Counted from the first letter of the stretch, positions 48,245 through 57,415 are shown. The stretch: DNA of 64,000 nt from an uncultured candidate division Zixibacteria bacterium (GCA_963668625.2 CAXXKA010000003.1:1-64000); one strand, 5' to 3'. A program made the numbers and translations. The notes: generated from the sequence alone by a model not told the origin.

Positions 48245-49384
48245 ATGAATATTATGCGGAGGTATCAGATGTTTAGAGATATTAAACCTGTGATCAAATT
48301 TATGAGGGCTCTCAGCGCGTCTATCATTTTAATCGTGCCTGTATACGGCCAGCAAACTTTCGATGATTTTCTGGCGGCCGATCAGCGCGCCTACGAGCAG
48401 TTCGAGCAACGTCAGCAGCAAGAATACCAGCAGTATATCGAGGATGTTCTTAAGAAATGGAACGAGTTCAACGAATCGACGAAACGCGATTGGTATGATT
48501 ACAGCGATGATTTGGAGACATTCAGCAAAGTCGATTTTCAGGAAGGCAAAGTCACGATCGAAACACTGGTCGAGAGTGATGAGACCGATGTTATGGCGAA
48601 AGCCGGTGAGAATATTAAAAAGCAGGTTGAATCGCTTCTGCAAACCGATGAGATTTCGGAGCATCGTGTGCTGGAGAACCAGGTGAAATTCAAATCGGGT
48701 GAAGAGGTAAAACCTACAGATGCCGTGGCCTACGTAGAGCAGGAGGTAATGACCAGCGCCAAAATCGAGCCGAAGAAGGTAACGGGCAAAGATGGTGTAA
48801 AGCGTACCAGGGTAACTGCCTCGTTCAATCTGGTCCCGGATCACCTTCGCGTACGGGCCGAGAAATATCTGCCGCTGGTACGTAAATATAGCAAGCGTTA
48901 TAGTCTTCAGGTACCGTTGGTAATGGCCATGATGCAGACGGAATCGTATTTTAATCCTCGCGCGAAATCCGCCGCTCCGGCATACGGCCTCATGCAGCTC
49001 GTACCGAAATCAGGCGGGCGGGAGGCATATAAGTTCGCTTTCAAGGTAGATAAAATCGTTAAACCGGGGTACCTGTATAATCCCGAAAACAATATTCATC
49101 TGGGTTGCGCTTACCTTGCCAGGCTCCGGGATGTCGAATTTCGTCGAGTGGAGGATGCCAATAATCAACGTTATTGCATTATTGCCTCGTATAATACCGG
49201 GCCGGGCAATTTGAGTCGGGCCATCACAGGCAACCGGGATGTTTACTCGGCAGTGGATAGGATAAACCGTCTCACGAACGAGAAACTATTCGATAAATTG
49301 AAAAACGATTTGCCTTACGCCGAAACCCGCGATTACCTGGTAAAGGTAGAGACCCGTCAGGAGAACTACCGGGAGTGGCAATAA
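48245..49384 (+). CDS. MltC-like lytic transglycosylase (DUF3393 + SLT)
   Basis: VDFQEGKVTIET, QTESYFNPRAKS, AYGLMQLVP, SYNTG and ETRDY motifs. Start uncertain. Confidence 0.92.
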   Translation: MNIMRRYQMFRDIKPVIKFMRALSASIILIVPVYGQQTFDDFLAADQRAYEQFEQRQQQEYQQYIEDVLKKWNEFNESTKRDWYDYSDDLETFSKVDFQEGKVTIETLVESDETDVMAKAGENIKKQVESLLQTDEISEHRVLENQVKFKSGEEVKPTDAVAYVEQEVMTSAKIEPKKVTGKDGVKRTRVTASFNLVPDHLRVRAEKYLPLVRKYSKRYSLQVPLVMAMMQTESYFNPRAKSAAPAYGLMQLVPKSGGREAYKFAFKVDKIVKPGYLYNPENNIHLGCAYLARLRDVEFRRVEDANNQRYCIIASYNTGPGNLSRAITGNRDVYSAVDRINRLTNEKLFDKLKNDLPYAETRDYLVKVETRQENYREWQ

Positions 49385-49429
49385 AATACTAGTGCACTCA
49401 TCATAGTGGTACCTCACCCATAGGGGTCA

Positions 49430-49564
49430 TTGAAAAAGCCATTTGCATGAGTCGCTGGGCGGACGAAGTCCTTTATTCATCCTTTCCCGGCGACATGCCG
49501 CATGAAATCAGGTGTCAGGAAAGGATTCCTGACACCACCGTCATCCAACAAGGACTTTTTCAAC
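49430..49564. repeat. Structured intergenic repeat family B, copy 2
   Basis: Homologous to 28677-28801. Ends TTGAAAAAG...CTTTTTCAA. Internal hairpin GGTGTCAGGA..TCCTGACACC. Confidence 0.85.
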
Positions 49565-49659
49565 AAGCCCGCTTGGTGGGGGACCGAGTATATTCATTAT
49601 GGTATGACAGCCCTGGCCCATTATCACATACTTTAATTGGAAATACGTTGAAAAAACAA

Positions 49660-49684
49660 ACAGCGGGCGATGGGGTTCGAACCC
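49660..49684 (-). repeat. att-like duplication of the tRNA-Gly 3' end
   Basis: 25-bp ACAGCGGGCGATGGGGTTCGAACCC, identical to 51581-51605. Confidence 0.92.
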
Positions 49685-49972
49685 GCTAAGGGTATGTATG
49701 CGGAAGTACATATACACCAATAACTTACTGATATTGCAATAAGTTACGCCGATTCATAACTATACCTCAAACTATCACAGAGCGACATTTTTTAATATTC
49801 GTAGTCCCAAATTAGTCCCAACCATAAGGGCGTATTATACTTTACATGCGATATTTCCTCCTTAACCTAAATATATGAAAGCAATTATTATAATAGCATT
49901 GACTAGATACAAACATTTAATTAAATTTTCAATCAGCTATACTTAATTATTTTTATTAAGGGGAGTAGATTA

Positions 49973-50773
49973 ATGAAAGAACCAAGCATAAAAGAAACGG
50001 CTTTTGATTGTCCTCATTGTGGGGCATTTACAACGCAATATTGGCATAATTGTTTTGTCCAATATATAAAGGGAGACGAAAAAGTACCATTTATTCCGAC
50101 TGAGCAACAATTAGATAATGTTTTAAATAGAAATAATGTTGACAATAAGGAAAAGGAAGTTTATAAAAATTTTTTCTATAAAATGAAATTAAAATTGCTT
50201 TTTCCTACAGAGCATGAATCTCCTAAATACTTAAAAGATGAAATAAACAATTTATTCCTCAGCAAATGTTATAATTGTGATAAATGGGCAATCTGGGTAA
50301 ACGAGGATTTAGTTTATCCAACTAAAAAGTTTGGTGAACTTCCAAATCAAGATTTACCTCCAAGTGTCTTAATGGTTGTTGATGAAGCTCGCACCATTAT
50401 AAACGACTCGCCCAAAGGAGCTGCTGCATTATTAAGATTAGCAATTCAAATGTTGTGTAAACATCTAGGTAAAACAGGGAAAGATTTAAATTCTGATATT
50501 GCTGAACTTGTGAGGGATGGGCTTAAGCCAACGGTTCAGAAGGCTTTAGATGTCGTACGAGTAATAGGGAATGAATCTGTTCACCCTGGCCAGATTGACT
50601 TAAATGATGATAAAGATATTGCTATGCAGCTATTTGATCTTGTAAATATCATATCAGAACAGATGATTACTATTCCTAATAAGGTTGAAAATCTATATAG
50701 CAAATTACCTGAAGATAAATTGATAGCTATTGATAAACGTGATTCAAGTAACAATAATAATAATGATTTTTAA
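49973..50773 (+). CDS. DUF4145 (HEPN-like) domain protein with zinc ribbon
   Basis: FDCPHCG..CYNC, EAR..SPKGAAALLRLAIQ.LC and VRVIGNESVHPG motifs. Confidence 0.85.
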   Translation: MKEPSIKETAFDCPHCGAFTTQYWHNCFVQYIKGDEKVPFIPTEQQLDNVLNRNNVDNKEKEVYKNFFYKMKLKLLFPTEHESPKYLKDEINNLFLSKCYNCDKWAIWVNEDLVYPTKKFGELPNQDLPPSVLMVVDEARTIINDSPKGAAALLRLAIQMLCKHLGKTGKDLNSDIAELVRDGLKPTVQKALDVVRVIGNESVHPGQIDLNDDKDIAMQLFDLVNIISEQMITIPNKVENLYSKLPEDKLIAIDKRDSSNNNNNDF

Positions 50774-50949
50774 GTAAATAGAAAGGATAAGTATACGAAC
50801 CTGAGTGCTTATCATGCAAACCACAATTGTTACTATTGTCGCGGAATAGTCAAATCCCAAGTTGACTTGACTTACTGAACTTTCTCTTTAGTTTTAGTTA
50901 TTGAGCAGTATTATTTAAGAATACTGGTATACCTGATTAGATGGAAGAT

Positions 50950-51093
50950 TTATTTATCGTCTTCGCCTCGTTTCTTAGGTGGTCTTGGAGGGGGTATAAT
51001 CCTTTTAGCCGGAACTGGTTTACGTTTTTCATGTTTATGTGGTGGTCTTGGCCCGGGCCTTCTTACAGGTTTTTTATCGGCAGATGATTTCAT
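50950..51093 (-). CDS. 47-aa Pro/Arg/Lys-rich peptide (absent from the ORF track)
   Basis: MKSSADKKPVRRPGPRPPHKHEKRKPVPAKRIIPPPRPPKKRGEDDK with RBS GAAAGGA, 13 nt after the stop codon of the 145-aa gene. Confidence 0.65.
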   Translation of the reverse strand: MKSSADKKPVRRPGPRPPHKHEKRKPVPAKRIIPPPRPPKKRGEDDK

Positions 51094-51106
51094 ATTTTCC
51101 TTTCTT

Positions 51107-51544
51107 TTAATAAAAATTAATCCCAATAAACGCTGCTAATAGGGAGATTCCTATAATTAAGCAAACTCCTGCTATTGTTTCTAACCCGTTGGTTAAACTT
51201 TTAAAAATGTCCGTTAGAGATTCGCTGGAAAGTTCTCCTTTTTTATCTAATTCTTCTCTAACTTGATTTATCTCGTTTTGAAAAGCTTTTTGGCTACATT
51301 TAATTGAAATCAGATTTAGGATAATACTAATAATTAGCAATATCCATGAAACAATAAGCATTGCTTTACATTGGTTCATATTTTTACCTAGAGGGCTGCT
51401 CATAATTGTAATTGATAACGCAAGCGCCGCTCCTGCATATGTCCAAAGTAGTCGGGTATATTCTTTTCCAAGACTCTGTTCTGTTTGTATTAAATCATAA
51501 TAATGTTTTAATCCTACTTCAAAATTATCATCTTTCTCTGCCAT
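51107..51544 (-). CDS. Small membrane protein (3 predicted TM helices)
   Basis: RBS AAAGGA and three hydrophobic segments. Lies directly downstream of the tRNA. Confidence 0.75.
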   Translation of the reverse strand: MAEKDDNFEVGLKHYYDLIQTEQSLGKEYTRLLWTYAGAALALSITIMSSPLGKNMNQCKAMLIVSWILLIISIILNLISIKCSQKAFQNEINQVREELDKKGELSSESLTDIFKSLTNGLETIAGVCLIIGISLLAAFIGINFY

Positions 51545-51582
51545 TATTCATTCCTTTGTAAGATAACCAAAACTTTATATAC

Positions 51583-51654
51583 AGCGGGCGATGGGGTTCG
51601 AACCCACGACGTCCAGCTTGGGAAGCTGACATTCTACCACTGAATTACGCCCGC
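51583..51654 (-). tRNA. tRNA-Gly (anticodon CCC), CCA not encoded
   Basis: GCGGGCG acceptor stem, D-loop AGTGGTA, anticodon loop TTCCCAA, T-loop TTCGAAC and discriminator U. Confidence 0.96.
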
Positions 51655-51663
51655 AGTTAAACT

Positions 51664-51693
51664 AAAATAGTGTTATCGGGATACACCTGTCAA
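51664..51693 (-). promoter_or_regulatory. Putative sigma70 promoter of tRNA-Gly
   Basis: Minus strand TTGACA-18 nt-TATTTT, about 10 nt upstream of the tRNA. Confidence 0.5.
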
Positions 51694-51767
51694 GAACTAA
51701 CATCATTGACATAATGGTTAATCATCAATCTATTTAAAACTTGATTAAATTGGGGGCTTAAGCTAAA

Positions 51768-52640
51768 TTGTCAATTGACGATAACTATTTAGTAGATAAC
51801 AAAATGGGGAGATACTTGAAGACTGTGCAAAAAATTGCTTTGATATGTATATTGCTTATGTTCTCCAGCCTGGCTTTGGCTGAATCCGGCCTGATAACCG
51901 GGTATCAGAATGGTTATGTCGATTGGGGCAGTCATACGATCAGGGTAAAAGGCATAGGCGAATACAACCCGAACCTGACTCCCTCGCAGTTTCGGCTTTC
52001 CGGCGCTAAAAAAGCCCGCGAGAATGCCGAATATAATCTTCTGAGTATATTAGTCTCGCTAAAATATAATTGCGAAAAATCCGTTCGCGATTTGATGCTT
52101 ACCTCAATCGAGTCGGCCAATCGTATAGAGGAGATGGTGAAGGTTTATCGGATTGTCGATAAGACACGCTTGATGCCTGACAGTTCGGTCGAGATAGAGA
52201 TAGAGTTTACATTTACTCGTGAGTTGATCGATGAGCTGATAAAAGCCTCGGGTGAGAACCACAATATCCAGTACAAGCGAAATTTGCCTGAGATTCAAAC
52301 CGATCCATCAACCGATACGATATATTTCGATTGTCGGGGAATGAAAATAGAACCATCACTGGCCCCCTTAGTCGTTAACGATGATGGTGATGTTTTATTC
52401 TCGATCGGAACGGTCAATTTCGCCGCTTGCAAAGAATGCATGTTCGTGAAGTATATATCGCAAGCCCGGACGCAGAATCATGGCGGGACGATTAGCTCCG
52501 AAAATCATGAATTCATTACAGCAACTGAGATTAAAAAATGCAATATAATTATTGATGATATCGATTACGAAAATCTGATTTCATCTGAGGTACACCGGAA
52601 AGCTTTGAAAAACGGCCGGGTTATCATACTGGTCGATTGA
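51768..52640 (+). CDS. Exported hypothetical protein (LPP20-like N-domain)
   Basis: Signal-like segment; VDW...IRVKGIG, A...AR..A..NLL and GRVIILVD motifs. The true start is probably downstream of 51768. Confidence 0.65.
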   Translation: MSIDDNYLVDNKMGRYLKTVQKIALICILLMFSSLALAESGLITGYQNGYVDWGSHTIRVKGIGEYNPNLTPSQFRLSGAKKARENAEYNLLSILVSLKYNCEKSVRDLMLTSIESANRIEEMVKVYRIVDKTRLMPDSSVEIEIEFTFTRELIDELIKASGENHNIQYKRNLPEIQTDPSTDTIYFDCRGMKIEPSLAPLVVNDDGDVLFSIGTVNFAACKECMFVKYISQARTQNHGGTISSENHEFITATEIKKCNIIIDDIDYENLISSEVHRKALKNGRVIILVD

Positions 52641-52650
52641 GGGAATATCT

Positions 52651-53814
52651 ATGAAATCGTTAACCGCTGCCCTGATTTTAATATCGCTAATCGGCTTATC
52701 TTATGCCGGCGAAACCATTACGTTTAATGTCACGGGGGAGGCTCGTATCGAAAACGGGGATACCCTGCTGGCCAGGCATATCGCTATCGGCTATGCCATA
52801 ACCTCGGCGCTCGACCAGGCGATAAAACAGTTTTTGCCTAATGATGTGATCGAGGCCAATCGGGATATCATAAACCGAAATGTATTGGTAAACCATCTGG
52901 GGTATTTGAACAAGCTTTCAATAACCGAGGTGCAGGTAAAAAACAGTTCATCGAACACTTATTCGATCAAAGCCTCGATCGCTATAGAAATGAGCATTCT
53001 GAAAGCGAAACTCAAACAGAACAAGCTCTTAGATTTCCGGCAAAACCTGCCGAAAGTAATCTCTTTCGTGCAGGAGAAAAATATCGATAACGTCCACTGG
53101 CATTTTCAGATGAACACTTTCAATAATACCGAGCTTACGATATGGAAGATACTCGATCTTAAAGGCTATACCAAAGATATACAGGCTCAAGTGCTGAGCA
53201 ATATCACCTCCGATGCCGAGCAAAGTTTTTACGGAGATGATAACTCTGTTATAGCCGGTCAGGCGTCAGGTATGGCGGCGGATATTATCATCGTCGGCAA
53301 ATCTATTTCTCGACCTATTGTGACTTTGGAGAGTGAAGGCGATTCCATTTCGGCGGTGGCAATGGTTACAATTCGAGCTATAAGGGCCGTAGACGCCCGC
53401 GAATTAGGCTCCAGTTCCACCTCAGCCACCGTTAAGGATACATCCGAAAGCACAGCCGGCGCTCTGGCAATCGGTAAAGCCGCCGAGGAGGCGGTAATAA
53501 ACCTGCTGCCTGCTTTATCGGAGGATTGGTCGAGTGGATTGGAACCGGTTGTCAGTTTCACGATGTTTGTCAGCGGGTTGAAATCATTGGAGTCACTGAT
53601 ATCATTCAAAAACGAATTCCTCAACAGTGTCGATGAGATACAGAAATTCGAACGACGCACGTTCTCGAGCGGCGCGGCTGCTTACGACGTCGAATCGACA
53701 TTGGATATCGCTGATATCGTAGCGACCTTGAAAGCGAAAGGACTGGAATCTTTCGATATTAATATCAGATCTCATTCTGAGAATTCTATAGATATTAGGG
53801 TTAAGGCAAAGTAA
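52651..53814 (+). CDS. Exported protein with FlgT-like N-terminal domain
   Basis: Signal peptide, VTGEA.I...D...AR..AI..A...A motif and a CsgG/TolB-like middle region (ADIIIVG). Confidence 0.65.
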   Translation: MKSLTAALILISLIGLSYAGETITFNVTGEARIENGDTLLARHIAIGYAITSALDQAIKQFLPNDVIEANRDIINRNVLVNHLGYLNKLSITEVQVKNSSSNTYSIKASIAIEMSILKAKLKQNKLLDFRQNLPKVISFVQEKNIDNVHWHFQMNTFNNTELTIWKILDLKGYTKDIQAQVLSNITSDAEQSFYGDDNSVIAGQASGMAADIIIVGKSISRPIVTLESEGDSISAVAMVTIRAIRAVDARELGSSSTSATVKDTSESTAGALAIGKAAEEAVINLLPALSEDWSSGLEPVVSFTMFVSGLKSLESLISFKNEFLNSVDEIQKFERRTFSSGAAAYDVESTLDIADIVATLKAKGLESFDINIRSHSENSIDIRVKAK

Positions 53815-53988
53815 TAGTGTTTCAATTGTTAAACTTTTATTAACATCAGTTGTACTTTAAAATATAATTATGCCGATCACGCTTTTAGTTACAAAAACAT
53901 TGACATCATATATCGATCAAGGTAAATAGTATCTTTTAATAAAGTAAAATAGCGGTTTTAAAATACGTAATTCCCCAAGGAGGAAAAA

Positions 53989-54585
53989 ATGAAAAAGCTG
54001 GTTGTATTAGCATTATGTTTAACCCTGATGGTCGCCTGTGGCTCATCGAGGAAAGTAACTCGTGTAGGAGCCGACACCATCGTTGATTTGAGTGGTAAAT
54101 GGAACGATACCGATGCTCGTCTCGTCTCCCAGGAGATGATCGAGGACTGCCTGTCACGCCCCTGGCTGAGCGACTTCAACATGGATAAAGGCGCCAAGCC
54201 GGTAGTTACCGTAGGCACGATCAGGAATAAAAGCTCGGAGCATATCGATACCGAGACATTCACCAAAGATTTCGAGCGAGAGCTTATCAACTCCGGCAAG
54301 GTCAAATTCGTGGCCGCGGTCGGTCAACGTGATGAGATCAGGCAGGAGCGTTCCGAACAGCAGGATTTCGCCTCGGATGAGACTGCCAAACGCATGGCAG
54401 AGGAGACAGGCGCCGACTACATCCTTCAGGGTTCGATAAAGACAATCGTCGACCAGATCGAGGGTAGAAGGGTTATCCTGTATCAAACCGATATGGAGCT
54501 AATCAATATCGAATCCAACGAGAAATCCTGGATCGGTTCCAAGAAAATAAAGAAAGATATCGAGCAAAAGGGTCATAAATGGTAG
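53989..54585 (+). CDS. LpoB-like lipoprotein (COG3417)
   Basis: Lipobox VACG; DLSGKWNDTD, IRNKSSEHID and GADYILQGSI motifs. Confidence 0.85.
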   Translation: MKKLVVLALCLTLMVACGSSRKVTRVGADTIVDLSGKWNDTDARLVSQEMIEDCLSRPWLSDFNMDKGAKPVVTVGTIRNKSSEHIDTETFTKDFERELINSGKVKFVAAVGQRDEIRQERSEQQDFASDETAKRMAEETGADYILQGSIKTIVDQIEGRRVILYQTDMELINIESNEKSWIGSKKIKKDIEQKGHKW

Positions 54586-56000
54586 GCTTTCGTAAAAACA
54601 GGGGCCTTTTAGCATTTATAATAATTGCCGCGTTAATTCTCGGTTGTGGTTCGGTGATGACCAAGAATAAGTTTTACGGGCCTATCACATCGGATGTTCA
54701 AAATCGCAATTTCGATGCGGCCGTGGCGAAAATAGAGGCAGCCAAAGAATCGAATCAATACGAGAAGAAAGACAGGTTGTTGTACTACCTCGATGCCGGT
54801 TTTGCCAATCATTTCTCGAGTAAGCATATGAAGAGTATAGAGAATCTCAGTAATGCCGAGGATGCCGCCGAGGAGCTTTTCACAAAAAGCGTAATCCGCG
54901 CCGCCGCCTCGATGGCATTAAACGACAATGTACTCGAATACTCCGGCGAGGATTATGAAATCCTATATACCAACCTGATCAAAGCGCTGGATTTTCTGGC
55001 GCTGGGAAAGTTCGATGACGCTTTCGTCGAGATCAGACGTTCGAACCTGAAACTCGATCTTCTGGAAACAAAATACGCCAAAGCCGCCGAGGAATTCAAA
55101 ACCACCAAAGCCAAGGATGATTCGTTGGATGTCAATGCGCATCTGTCTTACGATATCGATAAAGTAAAATTCAACAATGATGCTTTCGCGCGTTACTTGA
55201 GCATGCATATCTACGCCGCCGAAGGCAAATACGATGACGCCCGGATCGACTACAACAAATTCGTCGAGGCTTTCCGCAGCCAACCTCATATTTACGACTA
55301 CTCCATTCCCGAGGTAAATTTCAAACCTCAATCATCGGATAAGGAGATTGTCAGTGTAATCGCCCTGGCGGGGATGGCGCCTGTTAAAGAGGCTCTTAAC
55401 CTGAGAATCAGAACGGATAAAGATCTCGACCTTGTACAGGTTCTGTACACCGACGGCCCCAAGAAAAACTCCGAGTATAGCCATCTGCCTTTCCCGGTGG
55501 ATCAGGATTACTATTTCAAATTCTCGCTGCCGGTTTTGATGGAGCGTCCCTCACGGATTAATACCGCCAGAGTTTGGACTGGGGATGATTACCTGGGAGA
55601 GCTTCAACTGGTGGAGAATATCTCCAACGTAGCCGAGGAAACTTTCAAGGCTAAACGATCGCTTATTTATTTCCGGACTATCGCGCGGGCAATCATCAAA
55701 GGGTTGGCCGCACACAAGGCCAAACAGGATATCGATAAGAAGCATGAGGGCGTAGGCGGCTGGTTGATGAAAGCCGCGGTTGATGTCGGTACCGATATCA
55801 TCGAAAACGCAGATTTGCGATGTTCTCATCTATTGCCCGGAAAAATCTATATCGGCGATTTCGAACTGGCGCCCGGCACGTATAACCTTCGGATAGAGTT
55901 CCAAAATAGCGATGGCTACACGATCTCCACGCAGGAGATAACCGATTTCGAGGTGAAAAAGACAGGCTGGAATTTAGCCGAGGCTTACTCTTTAAATTAG
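54579..56000 (+). CDS. COG3014-family lipoprotein
   Basis: Lipobox LGC; LLYYLDAG, YSGEDYE, A.VEIRR and ADLRCSHLLP motifs. Confidence 0.8.
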   Translation: MVGFRKNRGLLAFIIIAALILGCGSVMTKNKFYGPITSDVQNRNFDAAVAKIEAAKESNQYEKKDRLLYYLDAGFANHFSSKHMKSIENLSNAEDAAEELFTKSVIRAAASMALNDNVLEYSGEDYEILYTNLIKALDFLALGKFDDAFVEIRRSNLKLDLLETKYAKAAEEFKTTKAKDDSLDVNAHLSYDIDKVKFNNDAFARYLSMHIYAAEGKYDDARIDYNKFVEAFRSQPHIYDYSIPEVNFKPQSSDKEIVSVIALAGMAPVKEALNLRIRTDKDLDLVQVLYTDGPKKNSEYSHLPFPVDQDYYFKFSLPVLMERPSRINTARVWTGDDYLGELQLVENISNVAEETFKAKRSLIYFRTIARAIIKGLAAHKAKQDIDKKHEGVGGWLMKAAVDVGTDIIENADLRCSHLLPGKIYIGDFELAPGTYNLRIEFQNSDGYTISTQEITDFEVKKTGWNLAEAYSLN

Positions 56001-56013
56001 TAACGGAGGGAAA

Positions 56014-57051
56014 ATGAGGTTATCATTAATAATGAAAATCGTAGCGCTGCCGCTTCTATTCGCGCTCCTGTTGGCCTGCGGTGGGCAGGCACAGAAAGTA
56101 AGCAAGGAAAGCAAGAGCAGCCTGTTTGATGATCCCACCAAGCGCTATCCCAACGAGATGTATATCACTGCGGTGAGTTCCGGGGACACTCCCGAAATCG
56201 CCAAGGATAGGGCTATCGCGGATGTTGCCAAGGTGATCAAAGCCGATATCAATTCGCAGCAACTGTTGATCGAGGAATATATCGAGACGGGTATAGAGAT
56301 GGAATTGGATCGCAAAAGTAGTTTCACTCGTCAGATAGATATCACCACCGAGCAGACTTTGAAAAACGTGAATATCGGTAAAACCTGGCGCGATGAGGCG
56401 GACGGCCGCTATTACGCCGTGGCTTATCTCGACAGACTGGATACCTCGGAGATTTACAAAGCCGACCTGGCCGATATGGAAACCAAGATCAAATCATATT
56501 ATGATAAAGCCGGCAGCAAAACCGATAAGCTGGCCCGATTGGCTTACGTTAATAAAGCGATCTCGCTGGCTATCCAACGCGATATGATGATCGAACAACT
56601 GAACACGATCTCGCAAGGCGCCTATTCTTTCACCCCAACTGTCAAGGCCCCGGAGTTAAGCTCGTTACGTCGCCGGATAACCGGTGATATTAACGTTAAG
56701 CTCGATTTGAATTCCGGTGGCTATGATGAATTTCCGGGAGCTGTCAGCGAGGTTCTTCAAGCTTACGGTTTCGGGTTATCGGAGGGCCAGCCTGATGTCA
56801 TCGTAAAAGGCAGCATGAGGATGGAGGAGTTGGAACGTAAAGGCCATTTCGTACGCTGGTTCGTTGATCTTCATTTTACCGACACCGCCAATAATACCGA
56901 GTTCGTTACGTATACCGATGACGACCGTGAAGGTTCTAACTCGATGGGTGAGGCTAAACGCCGCGCCGCCTTACGCATGGTAAAGGTAGTGAAGAAAAAC
57001 CTGTACGACAGGCTCGATAGTTATTTCGATAGTTTGGCTGGGACTGATTAG
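56014..57051 (+). CDS. LPP20-family lipoprotein
   Basis: Lipobox LACG; YP..MYITAV.SG...AKDRA.ADVA.. and YYAVAYLDR motifs. Confidence 0.78.
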   Translation: MRLSLIMKIVALPLLFALLLACGGQAQKVSKESKSSLFDDPTKRYPNEMYITAVSSGDTPEIAKDRAIADVAKVIKADINSQQLLIEEYIETGIEMELDRKSSFTRQIDITTEQTLKNVNIGKTWRDEADGRYYAVAYLDRLDTSEIYKADLADMETKIKSYYDKAGSKTDKLARLAYVNKAISLAIQRDMMIEQLNTISQGAYSFTPTVKAPELSSLRRRITGDINVKLDLNSGGYDEFPGAVSEVLQAYGFGLSEGQPDVIVKGSMRMEELERKGHFVRWFVDLHFTDTANNTEFVTYTDDDREGSNSMGEAKRRAALRMVKVVKKNLYDRLDSYFDSLAGTD

Positions 57052-57080
57052 ATTTTAGCGTTATAATATTACAAGCTATT

Positions 57081-57108
57081 AAGGGAGTCGTGATGACTCC
57101 CTTTTTTT
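57081..57108 (+). terminator. Rho-independent terminator
   Basis: AAGGGAGTC-GTGAT-GACTCCCTTTTTTT. Confidence 0.85.
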
Positions 57109-57204
57109 ATTGATCCTAAAAACCACCGGTTTATCCGGTGTGTACGCTTAAAGCGAAGCGCTGTTATTTATTTCCTTGTTTCCAAACTCCGATTTGGAAA
57201 CATA
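57107..57204 (+). repeat. Terminator-adjacent repeat family C, best-preserved copy
   Basis: Hairpins CACCGG-TTTAT-CCGGTG and TGTTTCCAAA-CTCCGA-TTTGGAAACA. Homologous to 47174-47266 (-). Confidence 0.8.
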
Positions 57205-57415
57205 GAGCATTGTCTATAGAATGAGAAATAATATTTATATTGGCCAAAACGATATTCCCCTACTTGTAAATCGTATAGTAGATATTCTGTGATGAGTCAA
57301 GTTTTAATAGTATTAGAATGGATAAATCGGCAATGCCGTAACCCAGGCGCTATTCAATAAATTTGCATACAACATCCTTATTGATTTCTCGTCCCAAAAA
57401 CGTTATAGTCCCCAC

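Larger units (their letters stand above)
49660..51605. mobile_element. ~1.9-kb AT-rich genomic islet integrated at tRNA-Gly, with no integrase
   Basis: Bounded by the 25-bp direct repeats and visibly lower in GC. Arm-site-like TAGTCCCAA x2 at 49802-49821. Confidence 0.8.

Noticed and set aside
49661-49690. Second tRNA gene
   Set aside because: Only the 3' 25 bp match; there is no D or anticodon arm. It is an att site.
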